Of a DNA stretch of 64,000 bases, positions 38,501-50,848 are shown piece by piece. Position 1 is the stretch's first letter, and each line of letters starts with the position of its first letter. Origin of the DNA: Laetmonice hystrix (Eukaryota); the NCBI GenBank assembly GCA_965235115.1, contig OZ249436.1, positions 6,202,001 through 6,266,000 on the forward strand, written 5' to 3'. Below the pieces are notes generated by a model that saw only the letters and a program-made list of their open reading frames with translations, was not told the origin of the DNA and did not search any database. The position numbers and the translations under genes were made by a program.

Positions 38501-40519
38501 CAGATAAGGCCCCCCTCCCAGATAACTGTTTCATGTCCTCGTGCAACTCACCTGAATACCCCGATCCAAGTTGGGTTTTTTTCTTCTGAAACTCTAACCG
38601 CCTTATAATAATCTTGTGGCAATGGTTGTTTCTTTCTCTACTAAAAATCATTAACCACCTTTAGACCTCTTCAAGAACCCGACAGCCAGCAATAGGACGT
38701 TGTCTGGTTGCATAAAAAAGGAAACAGAGAAGATAATAATAATAAGTATTACTGCTAATGACAATGATGTGGTGATGGCAACAATGACTGACGATGATGT
38801 GGGGCGATGGCGATGACTATATATAAAAGCAGGCCACAACAGCAAGCTTTTTATATAAATGGACAAGAATCCAAAGTTTTTGTTTGCCTAAGGCCGGCTT
38901 GTGGCGGGAGGCCCCAAGGTTCCGGTGGTGGTCGCCGTGCTATCACCTAAGGACTGGGATTATGTTTGAGGCTTACAGAGAATATCTCATAGATCCATCC
39001 CTTTGATCTCCCTACGTACAGACTCGCCTGCTCATATAGATGGGTTTATATATAGTATACACGTGAAATCATTATATTGAACTCAATTGTTTTTTCCTGC
39101 TCTGCCGCCATATCATGGCTGATAGCTAAAGAGTGCATTTATTGATACGACTACATGTTACCGATTCCATCCGGCTGAGGGACGAATCGAAGGAATAAAA
39201 TCTATAAGCTCTCCGCAATGTATAAAGAAAGATGTGGCTGTGATTTACCGTCACTAATGTAACGATAACGCTGACGTTTCAGTTGTAGGAAAAGGGCCGT
39301 ATCCTTGTCAGTTTGAATTGTTCAATTAAAGTTGGATTCTTTACCTTCAACAATCTGTCGATGTGAAGATGTAAAGAAACCAAACGATTGTAAAACTATT
39401 GATGGGGTCAGAGGGTTCAATACGTTCCTGATTCACGAAATAAACATTGCTATTGCTGTTCGTTATTCCGGTGTCGAGTTACGCCAGCATACATTTCGTC
39501 ACGGACCAAACATGCGCACGCAATTCCCAGTGCGTTCCACGGTCAGTAATAATCAGTAATGACAGGCAATCGGTTCGGCTGTACTTACTAAACTCACTGA
39601 TTGTTTTATACTGTGGTGACCTTATGCCAACACGGTCTGCAAGCTATGAATATAGATACGTAGGGGATTTAAATCAACCGTGATTTCATATTTAATGTAT
39701 TTAGTTCAAAGCGCCTGAGGATGACGAAGTCCTCGCGTGACATGGGCACCATTAGCATAATATTCTGTCGCGCTGCCTTTAATAGCTAGCTTTCGCATGG
39801 CGTAGGTCTAGTTCTGTATACCAGCAGACAGACAAAGTTATATATGTAAAACTATTGACAAACATGAGGTCTAAGGTCGAGACGGTGGTTGGTGAATATA
39901 TTGTGAGAATCCTTTTAATCTGCTATGAAGTCTTTCCGGCGCCAATAGTGGAGAAATCTAGTCGTAAAGTATCCACCTTTTGTGTAGTCAACGCACTCTG
40001 TTTGGTGGTCCTTCGATATGACGTTTTATCTGCAGCGGTAGATTTAGAACAATAATTCCCTTTCGGAAATACAGGGTGGTGTTTTCCAACATTGCCCTGT
40101 CATTAAATGCATTTAATTTCCAATGGGAATTTCAATGCAAGACGGGTTAACAATGTTTGCTAAATGCACCCCAGGATATTTCAACAATGACCGGTATCGT
40201 AAATATAATGTACCTATTATCTTAATATACCGAACGACTATCTCGATTTAGCCCCCTATCTCTACGTTCTAGTGAATAACTGAGCTACTTTACTAGAACA
40301 TAATTGTCCATTGCATATAGAATCGCATAAATATAGTTGCTTATCCTGTTATAGAAATTGTTAAGCCTTCCCACATATTTCATACATAATCATTATGACA
40401 AAAGTGGCCTTTAATCTGGCTGTTTGTTCTTTGCATAATGAGGAAACTGATGTCGACTGCCATCACAAACGGTAGAGTACTAGCTCCGATATACCGAGAA
40501 ATGTTATCCCTGTTTTCTT

Positions 40520-41188
40520 GGATTATTTGACCCCAATGTGTCAGCCATTGGACTGGATTATTTGACCCCAACGTGTCAGCCATTGGACTGGATTATTTGA
40601 CCCCAATGTGTCAGCCATTGGACTGGATTATTTGACCCCAATGTGTGAGCCATTGGACTGGATTATTTGACCCCAATGTGTGAGCCATTGGACTGGATTA
40701 TTTGACCTCAATGTGTCAGCCATTGGACTGGATTATTTGACCTCAATGTGTCAGCCATTGGACTGGATTATTTGACCCCAACGTGTCAGCCATTGGACTG
40801 GATTATTTGACCCCAATGTGTCAGCCATTGGACTGGATTATTTGACCCCAATGTGTGAGCCATTGGACTGGATTATTTGACCCCAATGTGTGAGCCATTG
40901 GACTGGATTATTTGACCCCAATGTGTCAGCCATTGGACTGGATTATTTGACCTCAATGTGTCAGCCATTGGACTGAATTATTTGACCTCAATGTGTCAGC
41001 CATTGGACTGGATTATTTGACCTCAATGTGTCAGACATTGGACTGGATTATTTGACCTCAATGTGTCAGCCATTGGACTGGATTATTTGACCTCAATGTG
41101 TCAGCCATTGGACTGGATTGTTTGACCCCAATGTGTGAGCCATTGGACTGGATTATTTGACCTCAATGTGTCAGCCACTGGACTGGAT
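40520..41188. repeat. Minisatellite, 35-bp unit, about 19 copies
   Basis: Unit ggattatttgacc(c/t)caatgtgtcagccattggact. Confidence 0.97.
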
Positions 41189-42984
41189 AAGCGCTCGTCA
41201 TAATGATACTGATAATGATGATGAGCCTAATTAACCATCAATGTATATCTGGGTCAGCAGATCAACTAGCAAGAGTTGGATTAAGAGAACGCAACTTGAT
41301 TAACACCAACCTGAGAATAATCCCTGGGTGTATGACCCCTACTTGATTAATGTTAACTGGTTCCAGGAAATCCCCGTGCGAGGAGATAAGATTTATTCCC
41401 TGCATGGAGGCGAGGACCTGGCTTCACCATCGATTCATGATAAATGTGAACGAACCTGATATCTTGACAAATAAATCTCTCACCAAGTATAACGCCATTA
41501 ATCCCTCCATCACATCCTTACTCGCACTTATTTCCGCGGAGATTGCTGATAAGGCTTCCGTATATTCCGCGGTTGTGAGTTGTGAAATATACGCAGCACC
41601 GGATGCAAAGGCCACAGGCCCAATTAAGGCATAGCATTAGGGGTGACACCTGGTGCAGTGACAGTGCTTCACGTTTTCTCCCTGGTGGCCATAGTCCTGT
41701 GGATTCTACCCAAGGGAAATTCCGCTCTGCACGAAACCACTAGGAAGATTTGTGTGGTGAAAGAGTAGATCCTTTATGTGGCTTCCAGGGCATTGCCTGA
41801 GAGAATCATATGTGAAGCTTTTACTGAGCTTCTTCTGGCAGAGATAACAACCCCCCTCCCACAACTACCTCATCTAGTCCACGGAGAAGGGCAATGTAGA
41901 CCTACTACATGTAGTTTTTCAGCGAACACAGCACGTCACCAAGAGAAAATAACGGAAAACACTGAGCCGAATACTATAAAACAGTGGGTGAAGTTGTACA
42001 AGTTATCTTCCCGTAGTAGACAAACCTTTTCACCGAGTGAGAAACAGACATGTGGCCAACCCTCTCACCCTATACTTACTGAACAAATGAACCAGATCAC
42101 GCCACGTGCACGTAACAAGCCTGGAGTAATGTGATTCACGTACCGACGAGGGACGTTCATGTTACCACCGGCTCCCCGGTCAAAGTTCACACGACGTTTG
42201 CCAACCTCGCAATGGCAAGCTAATGCAATATCCAGATTTGCGTGTAGCTGAAAGCCACGTTGTGGCTGGACGCGCCTCATTTGGAGCTCCCATGAGTCGG
42301 CAGCGGAAGTGCTGCTAGAATTTCACGCTGATTGTGCCTGTTTTTCCCCCATAATACTGGAAATGGATTTGAAAACAAAGCGAACACCGACATCCCCGAA
42401 CATGGCGACATGTTTCCCCATCTTCACCCGACTCGCTGTGTCGTGAGGCTTTAGAAAAATAGTTGGTGGAGCTAATGGAGCATTGGCGCACGAATGCCAT
42501 TTTTATTGTTAGAAAAAGGACCACATTTCGAGGAAGAAAAGAATCGCATGCATTCAGGAATCAGGCAGAGACTGGGGACGTTCACTCAGCCTCCAGTCAT
42601 CACCAAGGCGTGCTTTATATTCTGGTTCTCCGCCAGGATCCACTTCCGTTTGCTTACAACTCGCTGTACTATTCTAGGAGTTTATATCGTCAGAGAAGAA
42701 AATATACCTTTGACGGTGTTCACGTATCTTTCGATTGAGAGTGACACTGTTCATGATTCCTTCTTCACCATATATAGACCGTCTCGACCTATTTGTAGTT
42801 ATAGCCAATCTTACCTTCCTAAATACTATATTATTTATACTGATTTGTTTTTACTTTTTTAAACTTTCCCCCGACATTAAGATAATATGAGGCAGTGCCT
42901 TTTATCACTGATCTGATAAGACATTACTTTTAATGTTTTCAAATGTGTTCTGTAGATTCATAAATGAGTGGCGTTGAACGTATC

Positions 42985-43487
42985 ATCCTTCGGGAAACAT
43001 GAACATTTCACACACACCTTAATATCACAGCGCATCCTTTGGGAAACATGAACATTTCAGATACACCTTAATAACACAGGATCCTTTGGGAAACATTAAC
43101 ATATCAGATACACCTTAATATCACAACGCATCTTTTGGGAAACATGAACATTTCAGACACACCTCAATATCACAGCGCATCCTTTGGGAAACATTGAACA
43201 TTTCAGACACACCTCAATATCACAGCGCATCCTTTGGGAAACATGAACATTTTACACACACCTTAATATCACAACGCATCTTTTGGGAAACATGATCATT
43301 TCAGACACACCTCAATATCACACCGCATCCTTTGGGAAACATGAGCATTTCACACACACCTTAATATCACAGCGCATCCTTTGGGAAACATGAACATTTC
43401 ACACACACCTTAATATCACAGCGCATCCTTTGGGAAACATAAACATTTCACACACACCTTAATATCACAGCGCATCATTTGGAAACA
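42985..43487. repeat. Minisatellite, about 49-bp unit, about 10 copies
   Basis: Unit atcctttgggaaacatgaacatttcacacacaccttaatatcacagcgc. Confidence 0.95.
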
Positions 43488-44430
43488 GTGAAAGGACTCA
43501 ATATATTATCACGTCTAGACGACAACACACTAGAGTGCAGCCATGCGACGGAGGAGTTTATTCGAATATTTCATGCTCAATGAAGAGCGAATCAGCATAA
43601 GAAGGTTGTAAGTTTGATATGTAGTGTGTCATTAATGGGACTGACCGCACGGCCGGCGATAAATTCACAGCGTCGAAGAGGACCTCATTGTGACCGGCTT
43701 CGTCTGTCGCCCACTTGGGGACATAGTGATGTTCTCATTGAGATGCGTTTACTTTGGCAACGCTGAAGGTTGCTCAAGCGAGATGAAATTGTTTTCCAGA
43801 CTAGAAGGGACATCCCCTTCGTGGTATTTGTCAGCTGTGATGCAGCCACCGTTGCAGGCACTAAGCGGGTGCTGTGTGATGACTGATTAAATGTGGCTTA
43901 GCGATGATCTGTCTGTCGGACGGACATTTCTCCATGCCTCAGTGGCTTCCTGGGTGGTCTACTCCACTGCGGCGAACGTTTGTAATCACGTTGGGAACAA
44001 CCTCATTTAAGATTGCCTTGGCTGGTTTGGGACGTGAGGCAGGATAACACTAAGGATCCTCAGGATCTCACGCAGTAATACTCACAGAGCCTTGGTTAAT
44101 TAAGCGAAGGATGCAAGACACGTCAATCAACAGAACAAGTATCTTAAGTGCACGGTCCGTATATCTAATAACGTTTTTTTATTTTTTATTTTTTATTGAC
44201 ATAACTTTGCTCCAGTATAAAGGGACTCGGATAAAGGATCCGGTCTTCCGTCCCTTCTGCTCGGGACTCAAATAAAATATTCGAGTTCCTTACAGTAAAT
44301 ACGTTACATAAGGTATGGTTAACGTTGTTCATATCCATATCACAGGAAAATGTGAAAAATAGCGAAGTATTGGTCACATCGCCACCCAGCTGCTTCTGAA
44401 AGGAGGCAACCTGTCCTGCCCGCTTGCTCT

Positions 44431-45373
44431 GCACACCCAGAGATGGTGGTAGTTCAAGATCTCGGGCACACCCAGGGATGGTGGTAGTTCAAGATCTCGG
44501 GCACACTCAGAGATGGTGGTAGTTCAAGATCTCGAGCACACCCAGAGATGGTGGTAGTTCAAGATCTCGGGCACACCCAGAGATGGTGGTAGTTCAAGAT
44601 CTCGGGCACACCCAGAGATGGTGGTAGTTCAAGATCTCGGGCCCGCTCGCTCTGCACACCCAGAGATGGTGGTAGTTCAAGATCTCGGGCACACCCAGAG
44701 ATGGTGGTAGTTCAAGATCTCGGGCACACCCAGAGATGGTGGTAGTTCAAGATCTCGGGCACACCCAGAGATGGTGGTAGTTCAAGATCTCGGGCACACC
44801 CAGAGATGGTGGTATAGTTCAAGATCTCGGGCACACCCAGAGATGGTGGTATAGTTCAAGATCTCGGGCACACCCATGCAGAGATGGTGGTAGTTCAAGA
44901 TCTCGGGCACACCCAGAGATGGTGGTAGTTCAAGATCTCGGGCACACCCAGAGATGGTGGTAGTTCAAGATCTCGAGCACACCCAGAGATGGTGGTAGTT
45001 CAAGATCTCGGGCACACCCAGAGATGGTGGTAGTTCAAGATCTCAGGCAGACCCAGAGATGGTGGTATAGTTCAAGATCTCGGGCACACCCAGAGATGGT
45101 GGTATAGTTCAAGATCTCGGGCACACCCAGGGATGGTGGTAGTTCAAGATCTCGGGCACACCCAGGGATGGTGGTAGTTCAAGATCTCGGGCACACCTAG
45201 AGATGGTGGTAGTTCAAGATCTCGGGCACACCTAGAGATGGTGGTAGTTCAAGATCTCGGGCACACCCAGAGATGGTGGTAGTTCAAGATCTCGGGCACA
45301 CCCAGAGATGGTGGTAGTTCAAGATCTCGGGCACACCCAGAGATGGTGGTAGTTCAAGATCTCGGGCACACCC
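44431..45373. repeat. Minisatellite, 35-bp unit, about 26 copies
   Basis: Unit gcacacccagagatggtggtagttcaagatctcgg. Confidence 0.97.
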
Positions 45374-46334
45374 GAGATTAGACTCACTGCTAGACCAGAG
45401 TAAATCTCGGCCCGGGACGGAGCCGCCTGTTTTAAACATAATGTGCCAAGAGGTAGACGTAGTAGGCCTATTACACTTCTGTTACTGAGTAATTGACATT
45501 ATCCACTTTATCGGGATGATGTTCAGACGTAGCATCTATTTTTAGTCTGAAATAAGATAACGCAAACTGATTTAAAAAAAAAATTCTTGTTTGTTTTTGG
45601 GCCGATAGGACTTCAGGGAAGCCATATTGGTCTGAAGGCCATAACACAACATAAGGAAAACAGGGCATTTGCGACTTAAAAAAAGAGACATTATTACAGT
45701 GTTGCAGGCGTCTTAACTCCATGCACGGCGCCGTAACAGGTATAAAGTGGACGTCCAGAAGCATACATAAAGTGCCGTCATTGATAACTAGATGATGACG
45801 TGGATGCCCTTTCCGTGGCCCTTCAATTCTTGACCTTTTCAGACAGGGCGTTAGTGTTAACTCGTGCTCTCTGAGCCCTGTGAGAGCCTGTAAACTTCAC
45901 ACATGTCGTGTCTTAATGGACACTCGGGCAGGAAATCCCCGCCTCGGCCAAGTCTTTGAAGTCTCCTCGTTACGTCCGAGTCCTTTGATAGCATCTATCG
46001 TGAAACGGCTGGTAATTGTGCAGCTGCACTAGATTGACATCTGTGACGTTGTGGGGGCTGTTAATACAGCATGCGGGGTAGCGGACATCATAGCTGTCTA
46101 ATTCCAGACTTTATTATATTACAGCCTTCAGTCGCGCTCAGCCGTAAGGTGGGATTTTCATTTTATCTATGAAAGGCTCCTAATGGCATCTCTTTGATCC
46201 CTCCATGAACAAACATGGTCTGAAGCTGAAAAAATCCACCCACAAAAGTTTACCGAAATTTTTTGTTACAGAAACTTTATGTTAGACTCATGGACGTATC
46301 CAGATTACCATGAAGCACTATGCGGGTTACCCAT

Positions 46335-47008
46335 TACTATAGTCTGTCCTATACTATAACTCCGTATACGTCTGTCCTATACTATAGTCTGTCCTATACT
46401 CTAATTCCTACGTATATCTTATACTATAGTCTGTCCTATACTCTAACTCCTACGTATATCTTATACTATAGTCTGTCCTATACTCTAATTCCTACGTATA
46501 TCTTATACTATAGTCTGTCCTATACTCTAACTCCTACGTATATCTTATACTATAGTCTGTCCTATACTCTAACTCCTACGTATATCTTATACTATAGTCT
46601 GTCCTATACTCTAACTCCTACGTATATCTTATACTATAGTCTGTCCTATACTCTAACTCCTATCGTATGTCTTATACTATAGTCTGTCCTATACTCTAAC
46701 TCCTATCGTATGTCTTATACTATAGTCTGTCCTATACTCTAACTCCTACGTATATCTTATACTATAGTCTGTCCTATACTCAAACTCCTACGTATATCTT
46801 ATACTATAGTCTGTCCTATACTCTAACTCCTATCGTATGTCTTATACTATAGTCTGTCCTATACTCTAACTCCTACGTATGTCTTATACTATAGTCTGTC
46901 CTGTACTCAAACTCCTATCGTATGTCTTATACTATAGTCTGTCCTATACTCAAACTCCTACGTATATCTTATACTATAGTCTGTCCTATACTCTAACTCC
47001 TACGTATG
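46335..47008. repeat. Minisatellite, 42-bp unit, about 16 copies
   Basis: Unit tactatagtctgtcctatactctaactcctacgtatatctta. Confidence 0.97.
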
Positions 47009-47347
47009 ACCGTAACCATAAAAGAAGATTTTTTTTCATAAAATGTAATATAAGCACACCTGGTATTGAACTGGTCCGGGGCGCTGTACTCTTACTGCCT
47101 CAGGCAATTTGAAAGGTGACAACGGGCAGATGAATGAGAGCTATACAGGGAGATGGTCAGAAACCGTATGTACCATCTCCGTAATCCTCATATACTCAGT
47201 CATGGCTGTGATTTAACGATCAAATCAGAATAATTCAAATTATGTTGATTTGTTGAATCTAAGAATAATAGTACCTTTTGGTAGAGCAATGAGATCTGCC
47301 ACCTACATCTCTAGAAACAAAAATATGTGCGGTCGGTCGGTTCCATG

Positions 47348-47804
47348 AGTCATTCAATGAGAGCCGTATTGATGTAACCTGCAGGTTACTATCCTCTCTA
47401 GATCCCTCTCAGTCTGTGCAGCAGTTACATCCCGGAACAGTCATTCAATGAGAGCTGTATTGATGTAACCTGCAGGTTACTATCCTCTCTAGATCCCTCT
47501 CAGTCTGTGCAGCAGTTACATCCCGGAACAGTCATTCAATGAGCGCCGTATTGATGTAACCTGCAGGTTACTATCCTCTCTAGATCCCTCTCAGTCTGTG
47601 CAGCAGTTACATCCCGGAACAGTCATTCAATGAGCGCCGTATTGATGTAACCTGCAGGTTACTATCCTCTCTGGATCCCTCTCAGTCTGTGCAGCAGTTA
47701 CATCCCGGAACAGTCATTCAATGAGCGCCGTATTGATGTAACCTGCAGGTTACTATCCTTCTCTCTAGATCCCTCTCAGTCTGTGCAGCAGTGACATCCC
47801 GGAA
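47348..47804. repeat. Minisatellite, 91-bp unit, 5 copies
   Basis: Unit begins agtcattcaatgag.gccgtattgatgtaacctgcaggttac; contains the palindrome GTAACCTGCAGGTTAC. Confidence 0.97.
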
Positions 47805-49712
47805 AGACCACCCTGATGTTCGCTTTGATCCTGGCGATAGCACGTCATGTTCGGCGTTCCATAGATCTAAATATAGATCCAGGGGGTGTACAGAGATGAG
47901 GGTTGCACTTGGAGGAAACTTACAGGTCCTTGATGATCATAGCAGACCTTTGTGTGGCTGGTGGGGTCTGCTATCATACTTACATGATATACATAATGAT
48001 CTCAAGATGAGATTGTGTAGAGGTAGAGAAGACAGCTGGGATATGTTGACCTGAATTAATTATTCTCCGGTTATCTCAGGTTAGCTCACTACGAGCCGAG
48101 GTATACCACTTGGAAAATGGCCAAATATACACGTATAACGTTAGATCTATGAGACGCTGCTTGCTGGCAAGACAGCCACAGCTGCTGAAGGTTGTCATGA
48201 CCTCTTCACCTAGTCTCTCTAGTATCTCGCCAGAAATTAAAACGGGATATTAATTCTATTAATTGATTATCAATTATAATTATTATACCAACGTCGGTAC
48301 AGTCTCAATGTCCAAAGATCATTCTTATTTGTTTATCGTAAAGCAAAAAATCCATGGTAGAGTACCTCAACAATAGGAGTTGGAGAATACAGGCTCACGT
48401 TAATGACGGACCTAGTATCTCGGTAATTCTCAACTTGAGTAAAGCTTCCTTAAGTGAACTTCTTCTGATTGGACAGGCTAATTCTGATTGGTTATTCTGA
48501 GCAGATCGGCCAATCAGAAACCTGTAAGCATTCTCACGTTCGAGTCTCACATGCGCGCCACCTCACTCGTTAGATTACTACACCAGTGACATAAAGTAGG
48601 CCTAGGCCTATCAAAGAGGGGCGTCAAGCAGTGATATGTCTTTGAATAGCTGTGTGACGGTAGTCTTCGGGTCAGTGGAATAAAAATATTTGATTTCCTA
48701 AATTTATCGTTGAAATTGTTGATGTATCAAGGACTTTGATGACGATAGAGGACTCTCACAATGGAGGACCATTCCGCTCAGCAGTTACATGGGGATGAAG
48801 GTGATTTGAGAAGTGAATGCACTATTGGCCGGTGAGAACGGCTGTTTAGATGCGGAGGCAGGTGATTTTGAGAAGTGAACTATTTTCAATTTCCCGATTC
48901 CTTCTCTCAACAACGATCAAAGGGAATTTGACAATTTCTTAATCTTGCCCTAAGGCGTGGTATAGAAAGAAATTTGTTAATAAGTAGAAATAAAAAGAAG
49001 AAGAAGAACACCGCCAGTTTCCATTAATTTCATAACCGCTGCAGAAGCGGAGATTCACAATAAACTAAAAGGATTTTAGAAGAAAAAAGCTGCTGTGAGT
49101 GGCGTTTAGTATATTTGTTCGCCAAATGGATTATTTAATTGTATCTGAGGAAGAAACTGGGCGAAGAGCTCTTTAACTGTTTGCTGACAGAGGATGTACA
49201 CCCTGCCCTTCCAATCTTGACTAATGAAAATGTTTAAATCAACGACCGTGACTTTCCCAGGCAGCCAGAGGTCTAATCAGTAACTCTTCAAATGAGCATT
49301 GAGGAACTCACTCTGGCCATCTACCAGCTCCACATTGAATATGTTTACCCAACACCGTATTACAAGCACCAGTTGGGTGGCCGTGAGGTTAGCGATAGAA
49401 GGAGTTCCTTCGACTGGCCTTGACTTCGGTCTGCATTGATGGGACGGTCAGTAGGGAGTCTGGGTTGTCACTCAGAGAGCACCCCCACCGCACCCCAGTC
49501 CCGTTTACTTCACACGCTCCGCCGTGTCGGTTACACAGGATCCATAAACCAAGCAACGGCTCGAAAAGTCAAACATCCTGGGAATAAAAACCAGTTGTTT
49601 GTGAAGACGGTTTGTTCCGACCAGGTGAGCACGAACTGCTGCAGGAACCACTCGACCGTGACGGAGTAAGGTCCTTATGTCAATCCACTAACATTGGCCC
49701 AAAGCAAACGTA

Positions 49713-50129
49713 CGGTGGCCCAGAAGTACAAACTGCTGTACTTCACAGACAATTTAAAATTCCTTCATTTCACAGTGAAATGCATTGTCTCCGCAGACAA
49801 TTCCGTGGCTTCGCAGTGAAATTCCTGCACTTTACAATGGAATTCCTGGTCTTCACAGTGGAATTCCTGACCTTCACACTCAGATTCCTTGCCTTCACAG
49901 ACATTTCCTTCACTTTACAAGATTTGTCTCAGAAGACGAGGAACTAACTGGGAAGGCAAGGAAATAACAGTCCTGAAGGCAAGGAACTAACTGAGAAGGC
50001 AAGGAATTGCATGTGAAAGCAAGAAATGTCAGTGTGAAGGCAGGAAATTTGGCTATGAAGCGAAGTAATTTTACTCTGAAGCGAAGGAATTGTCTGTGAA
50101 ATACAGCAGTGTGTACTTCAGGGCCACCG
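49713..50129. mobile_element. TA-flanked foldback-type MITE (CGGTGGCC termini)
   Basis: TIRs of about 43 bp, CGGTGGCCC(A/T)GAAGTACA.ACTGCTGTA.TTCACAGACAATT; TA on both sides; internal arms built from inverted subrepeats of about 21 bp. Confidence 0.85.
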
Positions 50130-50446
50130 TACTAAAGAACACATCATGAGATAACTGCTGGCGGCAAATCTATCCAGAGGTGTCAGTCTCTGCCAAGAAA
50201 TATTTAACATGACGTGATAGGTTACCCATGCAATGAGTTGGCAGGAAACCAGAAACTTCTCTGTTTTATATGAGAGAATCCCGACCTATGAGACCTAGAA
50301 TAAGGTGTATAAATATCAGAAGGATCCTATTACAAATTCCCTGGCACGTAATTATTACATTCCTGCGATCGATTTCCAGACTGAATTATTGGCAGTTAAA
50401 TGACATACATTCTCTACTCGTCTCAGTCCACGGAAGGGGACACGGT

Positions 50447-50848
50447 TCGGGTTCGTTACCATGTCTGAACCGGGAGGGGGGTCGTTACCATGTCTGAAAC
50501 CAGGAGGGGGGATTCGTTACCATGTCTGAAACCAGGAGGGGGTTAGTTACCATGTCTGAAACCAGGAGGGGGATTCATTACCATGTCTGAAACCAGGAGG
50601 GGGGGTTAGTTACCATGTCTGAAACCAGGAGGGGAGTTCGTTACCATGACTGAAACCAGGAGGGGGGTTCGTTACCATGTCTGAAACCATGAGGGGGATT
50701 CATTACCATGTCTGAAACCAGGAGGGGGGTTAGTTACCATGTCTGAAACCAGGAGGGGAGTTCGTTACCATGTCTGAAACCAGGAGGGGAGTTCTTTACC
50801 ATGTCTGAAACCAGGAGGGGGAGGTCATTACCATGTCTTAAACCAGGG
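50447..50848. repeat. Minisatellite, about 31-bp unit, about 13 copies
   Basis: Unit gttaccatgtctgaaaccaggaggggg followed by a variable tail. Confidence 0.95.

Noticed and set aside
26773..45373. CRISPR-like appearance of the 25-46-bp, partly palindromic repeat arrays
   Set aside because: Units are head-to-tail with no unique spacers, there are no cas genes, and the context is eukaryotic.
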